Virus record (IMG/VR): IMGVR_UViG_3300043493_000033
Span: 1 to 41,942 of that record
Length of the DNA: 41,942 nucleotides
DNA from: a virus
Taxonomy: Duplodnaviria; Caudoviricetes
Reading direction: 5' to 3' (one strand)
A program made the position numbers and the translations under genes. Positions within the stretch are counted from its first letter, which is position 1; every line of letters starts with the position of its first letter. Below, in pieces: positions 41,848 through 41,942 of the stretch. Under the pieces are notes generated by a model. The model worked only from the letters and a program-made list of their open reading frames with translations, had not been told where the DNA came from and did not search any database.

Positions 41848-41942
41848 CGCGCCCGAAGGGAACAACGGTCGAGGAACTGTGGAGTGCCTACTGTGTGGAT
41901 AAGAAGGATCGCGCCGTCATTGTCACAATGCGGCACACTTGG
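41706..41942 (+). CDS. int: Integrase 5' part (copy 2, runs off the window)
   Basis: ATG 41706 gives MPEYRIGRLNGRLCLTWWRDGKRHRYSLG..., open to the window end. Confidence 0.85.
   Translation, partial: MPEYRIGRLNGRLCLTWWRDGKRHRYSLGTTSASEADRIAPALYAELTRPKGTTVEELWSAYCVDKKDRAVIVTMRHTW

Larger units (their letters stand above)
1..41942. mobile_element. Temperate phage/prophage, near-complete, probably podovirus-like, alphaproteobacterial host
   Basis: Integrase, att, terminase, portal, capsid, tail, primase-helicase and cI/cro modules in lambdoid order. The xis-int module recurs 41512 nt later. Confidence 0.95.

Noticed and set aside
41536-41942. Exact terminal repeat or simple circular overlap with the window start
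   Set aside because: The two copies carry many substitutions, including amino-acid changes.

Overview
This window is essentially one unit-length (~41.5 kb) genome of a GC-rich temperate phage. The host is probably alphaproteobacterial (GcrA homologue, tRNA-Val att site) and the virion is probably short-tailed (podovirus-like), since no tape-measure, tail-tube or sheath gene is recognisable. Left to right it carries xis-int, an att core matching the 3' half of tRNA-Val(GAC), a triplet of paralogous cassette genes, and a long minus-strand virion operon (ejection proteins, adaptor, tailspike, nozzle, spike/fibre, major capsid, scaffold, portal, TerL, TerS). It continues with a late regulator, an iteron-like region, a TOPRIM-helicase, VRR-NUC, a DNA methyltransferase, GcrA, a cro/cI switch, early genes (ERF, NinB) and a second, diverged xis-int copy. 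Highlights: (1) a 984-nt group I intron splits the major capsid gene and carries an antisense LAGLIDADG endonuclease; (2) the portal gene is split into two translationally coupled ORFs with an unrelated gene between them; (3) the two ends are diverged rather than identical xis-int modules; (4) genes repeatedly sit between direct repeats built on stop/start junctions; (5) several counter-oriented genes look leaderless; (6) no endolysin is recognisable. All product calls come from motif recognition and synteny, not from database searches.
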